Assembly (NCBI GenBank): GCA_964016885.1
Contig: OZ024758.1
Coordinates: forward strand, 3,782,001-3,846,000
DNA from: Eledone cirrhosa
Taxonomy: Eukaryota
DNA length: 64,000 nucleotides
Reading direction: 5' to 3'
In this document: piece after piece, positions 1 through 13,615 of the stretch
How the letters are laid out: the number at the start of each line of letters is the position of its first letter
Numbering within the stretch: position 1 is the first letter of the stretch
Translations under genes and position numbers: made by a program
Notes under the pieces: model-generated
Databases searched by the model: none
Told to the model about the DNA's origin: nothing
What the model saw: only the letters and a program-made list of their open reading frames with translations

Positions 1-10
1 TCTCTCTCTC

Positions 11-109
<99 letters not shown>

Positions 110-143
110 AACAAAAGATAGTTACTTTAGATCATCTCTCTTT

Positions 144-218
144 ATTTCATTATATATATTTCGAAGATGCAAGGCTTATATACAGCATTATCCAAATCAT
201 GTTCTCGTCAGACAAAAT
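144..218 (-). ncRNA. Type I minimal hammerhead ribozyme motif (Penelope-like pLTR type)
   Basis: Minus strand reads attttgt CTGACGA gaacatg..catcttc GAA ATATATAT A atgaaat. Stem I is 7 bp (2 GU), stem II base 6/7 paired, stem III palindromic, cleavage triplet AUA (H17 = 151). It lies in a unique segment between (TA)n arrays 11-107 and 290-316. Confidence 0.7.
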
Positions 219-289
219 GCATAGAAGATGCAGTTTTCTTTTGAGATACTGGCGGTCAAACGAGCTGGACAGATCGGTGACAACCAAGC

Positions 290-320
<31 letters not shown>

Positions 321-765
321 CTGGTTTCGTTAGGATTAGCTCTGAGATATGAAAATTGGCCAATGCAGGTAATATATATGACATGATCACATGACATCCT
401 CTGTGTGACACAAGGTTTGTCTAGGAAGTGATAATGTGAGCATGTGCTATAATATTTATATATATTTACCTATATGTATATCTGTCTAACTTCCTTTTTT
501 AAATATATGTTTGTCTGACAATCAAAATGTATCTCGAGTTGAAATGGGAGTAACACAAGTATATATATATTTATATATACGTACATATATACATGATGCA
601 ATCCACCTACTGTTCTACTACGGCCACTTTTTAGAACAAAAACTAGAAAATGATTCTCAAACACATTTATACCTATTTCTAATCAATATATCCACGATAT
701 ATATATATACCTATATGATTCTATAATACTATGTAATAACTTAAAGCAATATATATATATGTATG

Positions 766-891
766 ACGAAGGAAATGTGATAAGGAACCAGATGGACCAT
801 AATGCACCAAAGTACTCAATACTTAGGGTAATAGAGGTCCAGAATTAGCCGTTGAAACGACTGGAGCTCAGCCGTCGGGGTCCTACTCGTT

Positions 892-895
<4 letters not shown>
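766..895. mobile_element. Family A (TA)n-embedded short element, inverted 3' part joined to direct 5' part
   Basis: Matches the consensus ttagtccagaawtagccgtcGAAACggcttgagctcagccGTCggggtcctactcgttccta...ccttcgt; both ends abut TA repeats. Confidence 0.8.
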
Positions 896-948
<53 letters not shown>

Positions 949-2413
949 CTTTATATTGGCTAATAAGTGTAGTATTGCCTTTGCAAAGTATATCGAGGAG
1001 TTTGAAATGCCGACCAAGAGAATCTTCGAAGTAACTCATTTAATTCGTTTAAAATGTCGAAACCTTTATTTAGATTTGTCTGTTTTCTATATAACCTAAA
1101 TGTAACACATCTATGTGTGTGTATATATATATATACATATATATGTGTGTGTGTGTGGTGTGCTTGTGTGTGTGCTTGTGCGTGTGTAAATCTGTTGCAT
1201 TTGTGTGGGTGTGCGTGCGTGAATCTTGCATTTGTGTGTAGGCTTAATACTTGTAAAACCTCGGCCAGAACTGTAAAGTATGTATATCCACAGGCATAAT
1301 ATTTCCTCCTAAGACTAGTATTAGCTGCATAGCTTATGCAACAAGGGTGTAGTTTACGGGTCTGATTGAAGTACTAGAAACAGCAGCAACATCCTAAGCA
1401 AATTCTTTCCTATGGTCTTAAACATAGTAGAAAGTCTTTGTGGGTTTTTTTTTCTTCTTAACAAGAGGAATCGGTGGTGCGAAGGATCCCCTTTTCTTGA
1501 CCCCCAATGCTGGTGCTGAGAAGGGAAAATATATCTTTAAATTGGGGTCCTTGCCGAAATGCTTGCAACGGAGTGGATGCCACAAAGGGTTGTCAATTTT
1601 TAATTGATACGGTTAAAACATATTCCCGATTAAGTCTTCCTCTCAAGAAGACCATTGCTGGATTTGAACTTCGAAGATAAGAGCCAGATCAAATATAATC
1701 TGTCTTTACTTTTGTTCAAAGTGGGAGGGTGTTCAGCAGTGGAATGTCCTGCACGAAGATTAACAATAATAACACAAGGAATAAGAAAAGCACGAGCAGT
1801 ATATTAGAGCAAATATATAGCAAGTACTTTAGAAGCAAATAATAATTACAAGGATATCGCTGATAATGATGATTTAATATATTGAGATATAGCCAAGTAA
1901 TTTGTTTATATTAATCTGTTGTACATAACAGACGCTCTTTTCTTCCTCGCCGAAGTGTAAAGTTTTAAGTTCTATTTCGATTATGGCGAGAATTGTACTC
2001 GATACACCGAGGGTTCGTCGCCTCTACTTTGATGATAATAATGATTATTCTGTCTAAGATAGACAAGTTGAGTTGCAATCAATCGATAATATCAACCCAC
2101 TATATATTGACCAGCGGCATTATGAATCTCTAAGTTACCCTCGTCAGAATTTAAACAAAGAATGTAAGTAGCAAAAATAATTACTGAAACTTATTTTTCC
2201 GGTGCTCTACCGCTTTTTCTAACTCCCGCTTGTTATAATTGCTATCAAGATTGATCCGGTGACAGATATTTCCGTTGCAATTAACACCAGTCAGCAGATG
2301 TCAGTAATTTTAATAATATTCCTCTGAACTGATTTGAAACCAGGTTCTAAATTTCAGTTTCCTTAACTTTTCTCTAACTTACACTGTGGATATGAAACAG
2401 ATGTTTAAAATTA

Positions 2414-2582
2414 CCGTATTTCCCGGCGCCGAAGACGCTTCGTCCTCGAAGACGTACCCTAATTTTGACAACCAAAAATTTGTTAAAAACATAATAAACA
2501 ACCTTCGACCTCCAGGACGCCTGATAGATTTTTGAGAATTATTTTAGAAAAATAGTAGCGTCTTCGACGCCGGGAAATACGG
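2414..2582. mobile_element. Tc1/mariner/pogo-type MITE (169 bp)
   Basis: 26-bp TIR ccgtatttcccggcgYcgaagacgct (25/26 match); TA target duplication at 2412-2413 and 2583-2584. Confidence 0.85.
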
Positions 2583-2869
2583 TATGTTGTTCCAAATACA
2601 ATGAAAACTACCAGGAAGTACGTTTAGCTATAAAATCATTGCAAGCAACTGCACTAGTATAAGGATAACCATCACCAACATCACTAACTCAACCAACAAT
2701 ACAAATATCACTACTATAACAACTAACATCATTACTACGAACGCTACCACCACCAGTATGATAACTAATACCACTTATAACATCACATCCTTCACTAACA
2801 AAAATTTGACGCCCTTCTCTCACGGAATCATCTATACAACCCTTACAGAGTCCTCTCTAGATTTTGGTC

Positions 2870-2905
<36 letters not shown>

Positions 2906-3069
2906 ATATATAATATATATATATATAATATATATATATATATATTATATATAATATATATATATAATATAATATAATATATATATATATATTATATAAT
3001 ATAATATATATATATATTATATATATATATATATATTATATAATATAATATATATATATATTATATATA

Positions 3070-3103
<34 letters not shown>

Positions 3104-3110
3104 GGGAGAG

Positions 3111-3304
3111 GGAGGTGAATTGGCAGTATCGGTACAACAGGGTCGGACGCTATTCTTTGCAGCATAGTTATTGACTTTTACGGTCTGCGCTCAAATCCTG
3201 CCGACGTTACCTTTGTCTTTCATCCTTACGGGGTCGATAAAATAAAGTACCAGTAATACACTGCGATAATTGCTGGCCTTGTGTCAAAAGTAAAAAGAAT
3301 TATT
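3111..3304 (+). mobile_element. tRNA-derived SINE (Nin/Deu-like domain), full length, short-tail subfamily
   Basis: A-box-like tggcagtatcggta, B-box-like tcaaatcc, central ctttcatccttacggggtcgataaaataaagtacca, tail ...aattatt; matches about 30 copies in the window. Confidence 0.85.
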
Positions 3305-4017
3305 AAACTATGTATAAATATATAGCATCGAGTGTTGAACCAATAGTAACTTGACGTTACAATCCCTAAACGAAAAATTGTGAATTTTTTAAAAGCTATC
3401 CCAACTATAATATAACTAATTATTATTTATTTTTTTAATAGTACAGAGCTATTTAATTATGTAATTGCTATATCTATCTATCTATCTCTATATTTCGATG
3501 TTAATTCAGTGCATGTATGGGTACATAGCCATAAGTTCATTTGAGGTCCCGGTTGTGTAAGTCGATTAAAGTGACTCAACTAAAACTACTTGCATCTATT
3601 TAATCAAAGGCGGGAAGAACGAATAGCGATATGTAAAACATGTGGTTTATATTAAAACTTTGAAGAAAGACGTAACTAAACTCTGTAATGTTTCAAATCG
3701 ATTCTAGATTCTATTTTTTCTGTAATTCTTCTCCACCTCTATCACTATAGTGTATACCGAACACTTAAAATCTTACGGAGTCCTAGGTGTGCCATGATAA
3801 TATGCAGTAGGTCTTGGGCAGTTAAACCTAGAGGAACGGATTTCTTCAACAGAGAGAGGGAGAGAATTAGGATAGGATAGATGGAGAGAGAATTTGTGTG
3901 AGAGGATGAGAGAGATATGTTAGGATAGATAGACAGAATTTGTGGGAGAGAGGTGACGAGATAGGATAGATAAAGAATGGAAGAATTTGTGTGAGAGACG
4001 GAGAGAGAAAAACTCGA

Positions 4018-4495
4018 TAATGATTTCTTCTACAGGCAGAACGCCAGCAATTTTGGGGGGAGGGGAAAGTCGATTAAATCGACCCTCGTACGTTGCTGGT
4101 ATTTTATTTTTTTGACCACGTAAAGTATCATAACTCTATAACATAAATGATGTACGACGCTCCACCGATACTGCCAATCCACCGCCCTTCAAATAATTGT
4201 TTCTACTTTTGGCACAAGGCCAGCCAGCAATTACCCAGTGCATTACTGGTACTTTATTTTATCGCCTCCGTAAGGATGAAAGGCAAAGTTAACCTCAGCG
4301 GGATTTGAACTCGGATCGTAAAGGGATGTAATTCTATGTTGCAAAGCATAGATTCCGACTCTTTACCGATACTGCCAATCCACTAAGAAATCAAACTTGG
4401 CCTCGGCGTGATTTGAACTCAGATCATTGAAGGGCGGAAAGAATGCTGTGAATTAGATTATCCGACCTTTTAACGACTCTGCCAATTCGCCGCCA
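4018..4495 (-). mobile_element. Tandem of three SINE copies/fragments
   Basis: Three successive reverse-complement matches to the SINE consensus (gccaatccrcc heads at about 4175, 4375 and 4485). Confidence 0.8.
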
Positions 4496-4639
4496 TCATC
4501 ACCATTATACTTCCTCAAATTAATATTAATATGAAATTATTAAAATAGTGGAATATTGAAATAGGTTTTAGCCTTGGGGCAGATTGAATGTAACACGCAC
4601 GCATCCACGTGGAATCACGGAAATATTGGAACCATATTC

Positions 4640-5880
4640 CGCCCAGCTACACCAACAACCCTCCACCACAGCCGCCAACATTCCAAAAAACAACAACAAC
4701 AACTACTACAACAACACTATAACCCCTCCACCTCCCCCACCACCATTCCCAATACAACAGCATGACCAACAACCCACCGCCGCTGTCGTTACCATTCCCA
4801 ACACAACACCAACAACCCCCCCCTTCTCCGACGCCACCATTCCCAATACAACAACAACAACAACACCACCAAACACCCCCTCCGCCTCTCCCACGACCAT
4901 TCCCAATAGAGCACCACCAACGACCCTCCACCTCCAACATTCCCAATACAACACCACCACCAACAGCCCCTCCGCCTCTGCCACTTCCATTCTCAATACA
5001 ACAGCAGCAGGAGCCGTCTTAAAGGCAATTCTACAGACACACTACTAACACAATCTCCACCACTAACACCAGCAGCACTGCTTTCATCAACAACAACACT
5101 GCCAGAATCACCACCACCACCAGCACTACTAACACAATCTCCAACACCACCACCAGCAGCACTGCTATCATCAACAACAACACTGCCAGAATCACCACCA
5201 CCACCAGCACTACTACCACAATCTCCAACACCACCAGCAGCACTGCTATCATCAACAACAACACTGCCAGAATCACCACCACCACCACCACAATCTCCAA
5301 CACCACCAGCAGCACTGCTATCATCAACAACAACACTGCCAGAATCACCACCAACACCACCACCACCACCACTACCAACACCACCACCACCACTACTATC
5401 ACCACCACCACCACCACTACTATCACCACCACCACTATCAACACCACCACCACCAACAAGCTATCATTTTCTGTTTCAACAGCAGAACCGCTATAATAAA
5501 TTATACAACGGCTTCTTTCACCTTTTGAACCAACAACAACAACATCAACAACAGCCACTACAACCATCACTAGCACCACCATCACCTCCACCAACATCCC
5601 CACTATCACCTCACAACCACCATCCCCAACACACCCACTATCCTCTCCATCACCACTACCAATGCCACCACTACCAATACCACCATCGCCATCACCTCAC
5701 ACCCACCACCAGCACCTCATCACCATCATCCCCATCATAACCACCACTAGTACCCCCCCCCCAATTATACCATCGCCATCACCTGACCACCACCACCACC
5801 ACTAACACCATCATCACCTTCAATAGCAACATCAACAATATCAAGACCAATATTACCAATACTGACATTACAAATATCAA
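4640..5880. repeat. (CAA/CAC/CCA)n-rich compound simple repeat with higher-order units
   Basis: Trinucleotide-rich; repeated block cagcactgctatcatcaacaacaacactgccagaatcaccacc at about 5070-5350. Confidence 0.85.
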
Positions 5881-5934
5881 ATATTTAACCAGTTAACCTA
5901 TAACAGTTTCCAGTTGATCAGTGGGTCGGTGAGA

Positions 5935-6655
5935 AATTTGAGCCCTCTCTCTGTCAAATGTGAGCCATCTCTGTCAAATGTGAGCCATCACTCGGTCAAA
6001 TGTGAGCCATCTCTTGGTCAAATGTGAACCATCTCTCGGTCAAATGTGAGCCATCTCTCGGTTGAATGTGAACCATCTCTCGGTCAAATGTGAGCCATCT
6101 CTCGGTTGAATGTGAGCCATCTCTGTCAAATGTGAGCCATCTCTTGGTCAAATGTGAACCATCTCTCGGTCGAATGTGAGCCATCTCTCGGTTGAATGTG
6201 AGCCATCTCTCGGTCAAATGTGAGCCATCTCTCGGTCAAATGTGAGCCATCTCTCGGTTGAATGTGAACCATCTCTCGGTCAAATGTGAGCCATCTCTCG
6301 GTCAAATGTGAGCCATCTCTCGATCGAATGTGAGCCATCTCTCGGTCAAATGTGAGCCATCTCTCGGTCAAATGTGAGCCATCTCTCGATCGAATGTGAG
6401 CCATCTCTCGGTCAAATGTGAGCCATCTCTCGGTCAAATGTGAGCCATCTCTCGGTCAAATGTGAACCATCTCTCGGTCAAATGTGAACCATCTCTCGGT
6501 CAAATGTGAACCATCTCTCGGTCAAATGTGAACCATCTCTCGGTCAAATGTGAACCATCTCTCGGTCGAATGTGAGCCATCTCTCGGTCGAATGTGAGCC
6601 ATATCTCGGTCGAATGTGAGCCGGGTTTCAGTCAAATGTGAGCCAGGTCTCAGTC
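5935..6655. repeat. 22-bp minisatellite (tcaaatgtgagccatctctcgg)n, about 32 units
   Basis: Direct tandem periodicity. Confidence 0.95.
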
Positions 6656-6659
6656 ATAT

Positions 6660-7125
6660 ACACCATCATACACTACACTAACATCATACACTACATTAAC
6701 ATCAAACACTACACTACATCAAACACTACGCTACATCAAACAATATGCATCATACTCTATGCAACATCACGTACTACACTATAAAACATACTCTACCTTA
6801 CATCATGCACTACACATCAAACACTGCACTACATCACACTCTACACTACATCACACTCTACACTACATCACACTCTACACTACATCACACTCTACACTAC
6901 ATCATACTCTACACTACATCATACACAACACTACATCACACTCTACACTACATCACACTCTACACTACATCATACTCTACACTACATCATACTCTACACT
7001 ACATCATACTCTACACTACATCACACTCTACACTACATCATACTCTACACTACATCATACTCTACACTACATCATACTCTACATTACATCACACTCTACA
7101 CTACATCATACTCTACACCACATCC
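6660..7125. repeat. 17-bp minisatellite (ctacactacatcaYact)n
   Basis: Direct tandem periodicity, degenerate at the edges. Confidence 0.9.
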
Positions 7126-8137
7126 CGCACCACAGCCTACAAAACTGTAAACCCTACTCTACACAACACCAAATATTATACAGCCGACACTATACCACAT
7201 TCTACAAACTGCACACCATATCCTGTACTATGTTATTCGTTACAGTATACTATATTGCCCTATAATGTAGTTCCAGATGTATAGGGTTATAGTGAGAGTT
7301 GGACAGCTGTTGATCAAAGCCCTGCTCGATCAGGGCTAACAGGACTATGCAACAGCAAGCACAGCACCATCATTGCACCATATTCAACAGTGCAGTTCAC
7401 CAGATCATATCCTACACTGTACTACATAACAATCTATGCATTGTATCAGGGTCTCTGTCTGACCGGCTAAACCTTGTAACTAGGTTTGCTCGATCAGGGC
7501 CAATACAGAACTATGTAACAAAAAGCACATCACCTTCGTTATTATACTATATCCTACAATATAGTTCACCAGATCGGCTAAACCTAGTAACCAGGCCTTT
7601 CTAAAATCACACACTATAGTCATAAAAATAGAAGGATGAATAAAGAATAATGCTTGCCTAGATAAAACTCATCTGAAGAGCATATCCTATAAATATGCTC
7701 CCACATATATTATGTGACGGTCACGACTGGAACGATTTTGTCATGGACTCGTCGGACTAAGTCTGACGTGTCAGTGAAGCAACAGTAACGGCATGTTTGA
7801 ATAAAATGATATATATTTTGGACTTTTAGCCTGATATATTCTATCTACATGTATAAATGTAGCATGCACTGATTACCAAACTGTAACGTCTGCTATTCCA
7901 TGATTGAATGGAGCACTGTGTATTCCTGCTACATGGTAACTCCACTATATTGTAGCAGGGGGCAAGTCCCGGTATTTTCTCCAGAGCTTATAGTGTATGA
8001 TTAAACGTGCAAGCACGCACAAACAGACACACATGTACGCATAACTCTACCAGCCAACATACATACATACATGAAAATATACATACATACAATTATGTAC
8101 ATATTTATCTATATGTATGCATGTATGTATGAACACG

Positions 8138-8168
<31 letters not shown>

Positions 8169-8278
8169 GTGTGCGTTTGTTTGTATGCATCCATATACGT
8201 ATATTTTTATGTATGCATGTATGTGTATTTTTGTGTACGTATATATATATATAGGTTTATAGGTAGGCACGTAATAAT

Positions 8279-8464
8279 TTTTCTATTTTATGCACAAGGC
8301 CAGCAATCACCCAGTACATTACTGGTACTTTATTTTATCGACGCCGTAAGGATGAAAGGCAAAGTTAACCTCGGCACGATTTGAACTCAGATCGTAAAGG
8401 GACGTAACTATGCTGGAAAGCATGTCCGACCCTCTACCGATACTGCCAATTCACCGCCTTTTAG
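8279..8464 (-). mobile_element. SINE, full length, with 17-bp TSD
   Basis: ggtaggcacgtaataat at 8262-8278 and 8465-8481 flanks the consensus match. Confidence 0.9.
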
Positions 8465-8683
8465 GGTAGGCACGTAATAATGCACGTCTGTATGAATGTA
8501 TATATCTATTTATTTATTTTTTATTTATTCAGTTTAAACGTCCATATAGAGCTAGTAAGCCATGACAGACTAGGGAAAGTATGGAGTACCCCTTATAGTT
8601 GGTAATCATAAAGAAGTAGCGTGCTTGTTTGTTTGAATGTTTGCATGTATGTATATAGATGTATATATGAGTGTACACCTTAA

Positions 8684-9046
8684 CCCTTTAATGTTCAAAC
8701 CGGCCAAAACCGGCCAGAATTCTCTACCTCTTTCTGTTGAAACTGGCTGTAACTGGCCACTCAAACTGATGTTAAGGTATTGTTCTCAAAATAAATACTT
8801 TCAAAATCTCATACATTCGATATTATGTGAAATATTATGTAAGGTAAAGCCTTTACCATGAAAATATAATAGTATATAGAGAGTAATGTGAATGCTATGT
8901 GAGATATTATGTAAGGTAAAGCCTTTACCATGAAAATATAATAGTATATATAGAGTAATGTGAATGCTATGTGAGATATTATGTAAGGTAAAGCCTTTAC
9001 CATGAAAATATAATAGTATATACAGAGTAATGTGAATGCTAAAGGG
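8684..9046. mobile_element. piggyBac-like non-autonomous element containing a 72-bp tandem triplication
   Basis: TTAA at 8680-8683 and 9047-9050; termini ccctttaatgttca / tgaatgctaaaggg; 72-bp unit repeated three times at about 8832-9040. Confidence 0.7.
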
Positions 9047-9459
9047 TTAAAGTTGATAATAAAAAAAGCTGATGTGTTTGTACGCATGGATGTATATATG
9101 CATATTTTTATGTATATATGTAAGTTTGTGGGTAGACATGAAATTATGTATGTATGTATGTATGTATGTATATAGATGTATATATAAGTATACCCTTCAC
9201 AGTTGGTAATCAAAAAGACCCAGCGTGTTTGTTTGTTTGAATGTATATATATATATATATATATGTATATATTTTTATGTATGTATTTAAGTTTGTGGGT
9301 ATGCATGCAGTTATGTACGTATGTATATATGTGTATATATGAGTGTACCCTAACAGTTGATTAGAGCAAGTGTGTTTGTTGGTATGCATATATGTATATT
9401 TCTATATATGTATGTAAGTTTGTGGGTAGACATGAAATTATGTACGTATGTGTATATTT

Positions 9460-9495
<36 letters not shown>

Positions 9496-9684
9496 ACGGA
9501 GTTGTGGTAAGGAACCAGATGGACCATAACGCACCAGAGTACTCAATACTTAGGGTAGTAGAGTGGGTAATAGGAAAAAGTATGACCCCGACAGCAGAGT
9601 TCAAGCCGTTTCGACGGCTATTTCTGGACTGAAATAGCCGTCGAAACGGCTTGAGCTCTGCCGTCGGGGTCATACTTTTTCCTA
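9496..9684 (-). mobile_element. Family A element, full copy plus inverted partial arm (fold-back)
   Basis: About 55-bp inverted arms centred at about 9628; both ends in TA repeats. Confidence 0.85.
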
Positions 9685-10346
9685 TATATATATATAATAT
9701 ATATGAGTTTCCCCCTTTCGGTTGGTAATCAAAGAGAGTTAGTGTGTTTGTTGGTTTGCATGCATGTGTGCATGTATGTATACATGTATATGTTTATGTA
9801 TGTATAAAAGTGTGTGGGTATGCATGCAGTTATGTACGTATGTATATAGCTGTATATATGCGTGTTGTTCCAAATTCAGTGCTAGTGCTAGCCAACTTCA
9901 CAAACTTCAAACCATATAAGGCGCAGTACCCATAACAATATTGTAAAGACTAGCATGCTAGCGACATATTTCATCATAGCAGCAGTAAACACAACATGCA
10001 CTGTTAGATCTGGTTCCTATTAATCTATTTATTTAGTTTTGTTCAGTCATTTTACTGTGGTCATGCTGGAGCACTGCTATAAACTGACCTGACTTGATTT
10101 TATGTCATGCAGATGTGTTTTTTGTTATTTATTTACTTATCTATTTATTTACTTCGGTGCTTTCAGTCACTTGACTGTGGCCATGCTGAAGAACTGATGT
10201 AAAGTGACCTTAATTCATCTTATCACCTCCATTTCTTATGGTTCTTTTTCTTTCTTTTCTTACCAAGCTTGGCTTGGCATTTATTTTATTAGTCTCGTAT
10301 TTGTCGAACCGCTTAGTTACGACATATACATACACACTCGCACATA

Positions 10347-10416
<70 letters not shown>

Positions 10417-10477
10417 CACACACAGACACACAATTATATACACATACACACACATACACAAATATATATATATTATA

Positions 10478-10851
10478 CAGGGTGTCCCAAAAATGTATAT
10501 ACTCTTTGATTACCTGTACAGGCAATATTTATTAGAATGTACATGCTTTCCCGAAAATAAAAAGGTCTACAGACATAATTTGGCACAAGGCCAACAATTA
10601 ATCAATACATTACTGGTACTTTATTTTATTCGACCTCGTAAGGATGAAACGCAAAGTTAATTAATTTAAATAATTTTCTACACAAGGCCAGCAATTATCC
10701 CAATACATTACTGGTACTTTATTTTATCGACCCCGTAAGGATGAAAGGCAAAGTTTACCAATTTAAGTAATACATATGAAACAGAATTTAATTTAATGCA
10801 TTTTTTTTTTCCTGCTGTTGAAGTGTGTATACATTTTTGTAGAACACCCTC
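10478..10851. mobile_element. Mariner-type MITE with two nested SINE 3' fragments
   Basis: TA-cagggtgtcccaaaaatgtata ... tatacatttttgtagaacaccctc-TA imperfect TIRs; SINE fragments at about 10575-10660 and 10670-10757. Confidence 0.6.
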
Positions 10852-10904
10852 TACATAATTTATAGCTGGTATATGATGAAAGGAAATTACAGCAACCGTC
10901 GAAT

Positions 10905-11120
<216 letters not shown>

Positions 11121-11722
11121 GCGTGTGTGTGTGTACGACGGGGCGCTGCAGTTTCCGTCCACCAAATTCCAATCACAAATCATGTTGGACTAAACCCAAT
11201 GCCACGTGATTGTGAAGTGACACAAGCCACACAGCCATGTCTGTTCCTATTATTATTATTATTAATAATTTATGTAGGCCCTTGTGGCCAATAAATGAAA
11301 TCATTATTAATAATTCATGTAATATTTTCTCCTATATTCCCAAAGTCACAAATATTGGCACCTGAATGCAGGCGACTTAAACAATCTCGATATTATGTAT
11401 GCTTGTTGGTTTTTGTTGTGTTCTGTTATTTATTACATCTAATGGTGAAGAATAACGTCGTTATTTATAAGTTTCTAATAGCTCATATATTTGGTTCTCT
11501 GGTTTTGTGTGATAGAGAGAACAGGAGAGAGAGAGAGTGAGTTAATATGAGAGAGAATTAGAGGGAGAGTGCGTGAGAGAGAGAGAGAAGTGTATATGAA
11601 GGGGAGATTGTAACAAGTTTCCGAACACATTTTTAAAAAGGTCATTTGTAAAGCGCGCTTTTTTTCTTTTTTTTCTTGCTGACATACATCAGCGTAAGAT
11701 ACACATACACACACACACAAAG

Positions 11723-11813
<91 letters not shown>

Positions 11814-12389
11814 GAAACACACACACACACACACACACCCACATAAATACGCACACACACACACACCCCCACATAAATACGCACACACACACACCTGGCT
11901 GTGTTACTGTAAGATGTATGCTGTTCACTCTGTAAAGTGGTAGTGCTGGTGCCACAATACAATGCCACAGCGCTCATTGTCAATCGATGTCAAAAATAAA
12001 TCAACTGGTTCGCCTTGCCATGTGACAGTGCTGATACCACGATAAATCAAACCCGTTATTTCCCTTAAAATGATTGGTGATTGAAAGGGACTCTCCGGCT
12101 TTTTCCCTACCGCAGTCTCATGTAATTCAGCGTCCGTCTTGTTAGCGTTTTGTCATATAGATGATTTACCTTACATTCTTGGCACATTTAATACAGCCAA
12201 TAGAAAAATGGTATTAAAATATTTCCCAATCCCGGAGGCTCTTCTAACCGGAGCTTATTTCTGTTCCATTGGTGTTAAAATGCAGAGTACAATGCTCCTT
12301 TATGGACAGGTCCTAAGTCTCTATCGTAGGATTTATCTGAAGTTTCTGCTCTCTGTCAGCGGAGTTGACGGGGGCAAAGAGAAATTAAG

Positions 12390-12490
12390 TGTTTTGCTCA
12401 GAAAGACATTGCGCTATCCGATACGAGAATCGAACTTTTGACGTTACGCTCGTATATCCAGCACTCTTAGTCACTAGACGCCACGCCTGT
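12390..12490 (-). mobile_element. Head of a second tRNA-derived SINE family (degenerate)
   Basis: Reverse complement gives ggcgtggcgtctagtgactaagagtg...gttcgattctcg...gtctttctgagcaaaacactt, similar to the 38336 copy. Confidence 0.5.
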
Positions 12491-12530
12491 ACACATAAAT
12501 TACAGTAAATTATTGTCATTATTTTAAGAA

Positions 12531-13088
12531 GAAAATGCTTTGTAGCATAAAGTTACGGACCTTTACGTTCTGAGTTCAAATCCCGCCGGGGTTAGAGGGG
12601 TCTATAAAATAAAGTACCAGTAATGCACTGGTGTGGATTTAATCAACTTTCCCCTCCCCCAAAATTGCTGGCTTTGTGCCTATATAAGAAACCATTCTTT
12701 TAAGAAAAAAAGACTTTGTATCATAAATTTATAAACCTTTACGTTCTGAGTTAAAATCCCATCGAATATAACTTTGCCTTTCATCCTTATAGAATCGATA
12801 AAATAAAGTACCTGCAATTGACTGGAGTCGATTTAATCGACTTTCTCCTCCCCCAAAATTTCTGGCCTTGTACCTAAATTAGAAACCATTATTTTAAGAA
12901 GTGGATTGGCAGTATCGGTAGAGCGTCGGACGCCATGCTTTGACGCATAGTTACGGCCCTTGCCATTCTGAGTTCAAATCCCGCCGAGGTTAACTTTGCC
13001 TTTCATCCTTACGGGGTCGATAAAATAAAGTACCAGTAATACACTGAGTAATTGCTGGCCTTGTGCCAAAAGTAGAAACAATTATTTT
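12531..13088 (+). mobile_element. Three stacked SINE copies separated by the same target sequence
   Basis: attattttaagaa (one variant) at 12518, 12694, 12888 and 13081; the copies differ in truncation and tail type. Confidence 0.85.
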
Positions 13089-13579
13089 AAGAAAATATCA
13101 GGTAGTGACCTCAAAGTTTCTACTGTAGAGTACCGCAAGCCGTTAAAAATCATCAATGGTCCCTCTGTCCTGCATCTGCGAGTTAAAACAGCAGACGGAG
13201 TATTACAACGGGTTTAGGATGAACAGCATACTTAAAACTACCTACAAATCGCCTTACATCTCACACCTGTAGAAACTGAAACATTCTTAGGATTTACTTC
13301 TGCCAAATTATTTCATTGTTACGACATCACATCCCATATTTTCCTCCCCACCTCACCCATCTCCGATCAGTTAGTAATACGTTAAAATATGGTTACCAAA
13401 TACAGCTAGGTAAAGTTAATAACTTCAGTCATTTTTCTAGTGAGTTCGAATGGTGGTGCAAAGACCGAAAGAACGCCACTCTAGATACGTGGTTCGATCA
13501 GTCGAAGACATGTGAGTAGCTTGGATCTATAAACGATATAGGTGTAGACAATCTGGACAGCAACAAGAGAAGGAACAGT

Positions 13580-13582
13580 AGG

Positions 13583-13615
<33 letters not shown>

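Noticed and set aside
1465-1605. Possible exon after a polypyrimidine tract and AG
   Set aside because: The peptide is unrecognised and there is no clear donor or partner exon.
4584-5048. Mucin-like T/P-rich ORF of 154 aa
   Set aside because: It lies in a CAA/CCA low-complexity tract that is open in most frames; there is no signal peptide or splice evidence.
5935-6655. Regular repeat resembling a CRISPR array
   Set aside because: The units are contiguous with no unique spacers, and the context is eukaryotic.
7673-7700. CTGAAGA followed by a hairpin
   Set aside because: There is no GAAA or stem III downstream, so it is not a hammerhead.
12899-12990. tRNA gene-like A/B boxes
   Set aside because: These are SINE heads that continue into the SINE body; no cloverleaf or terminator is evident.
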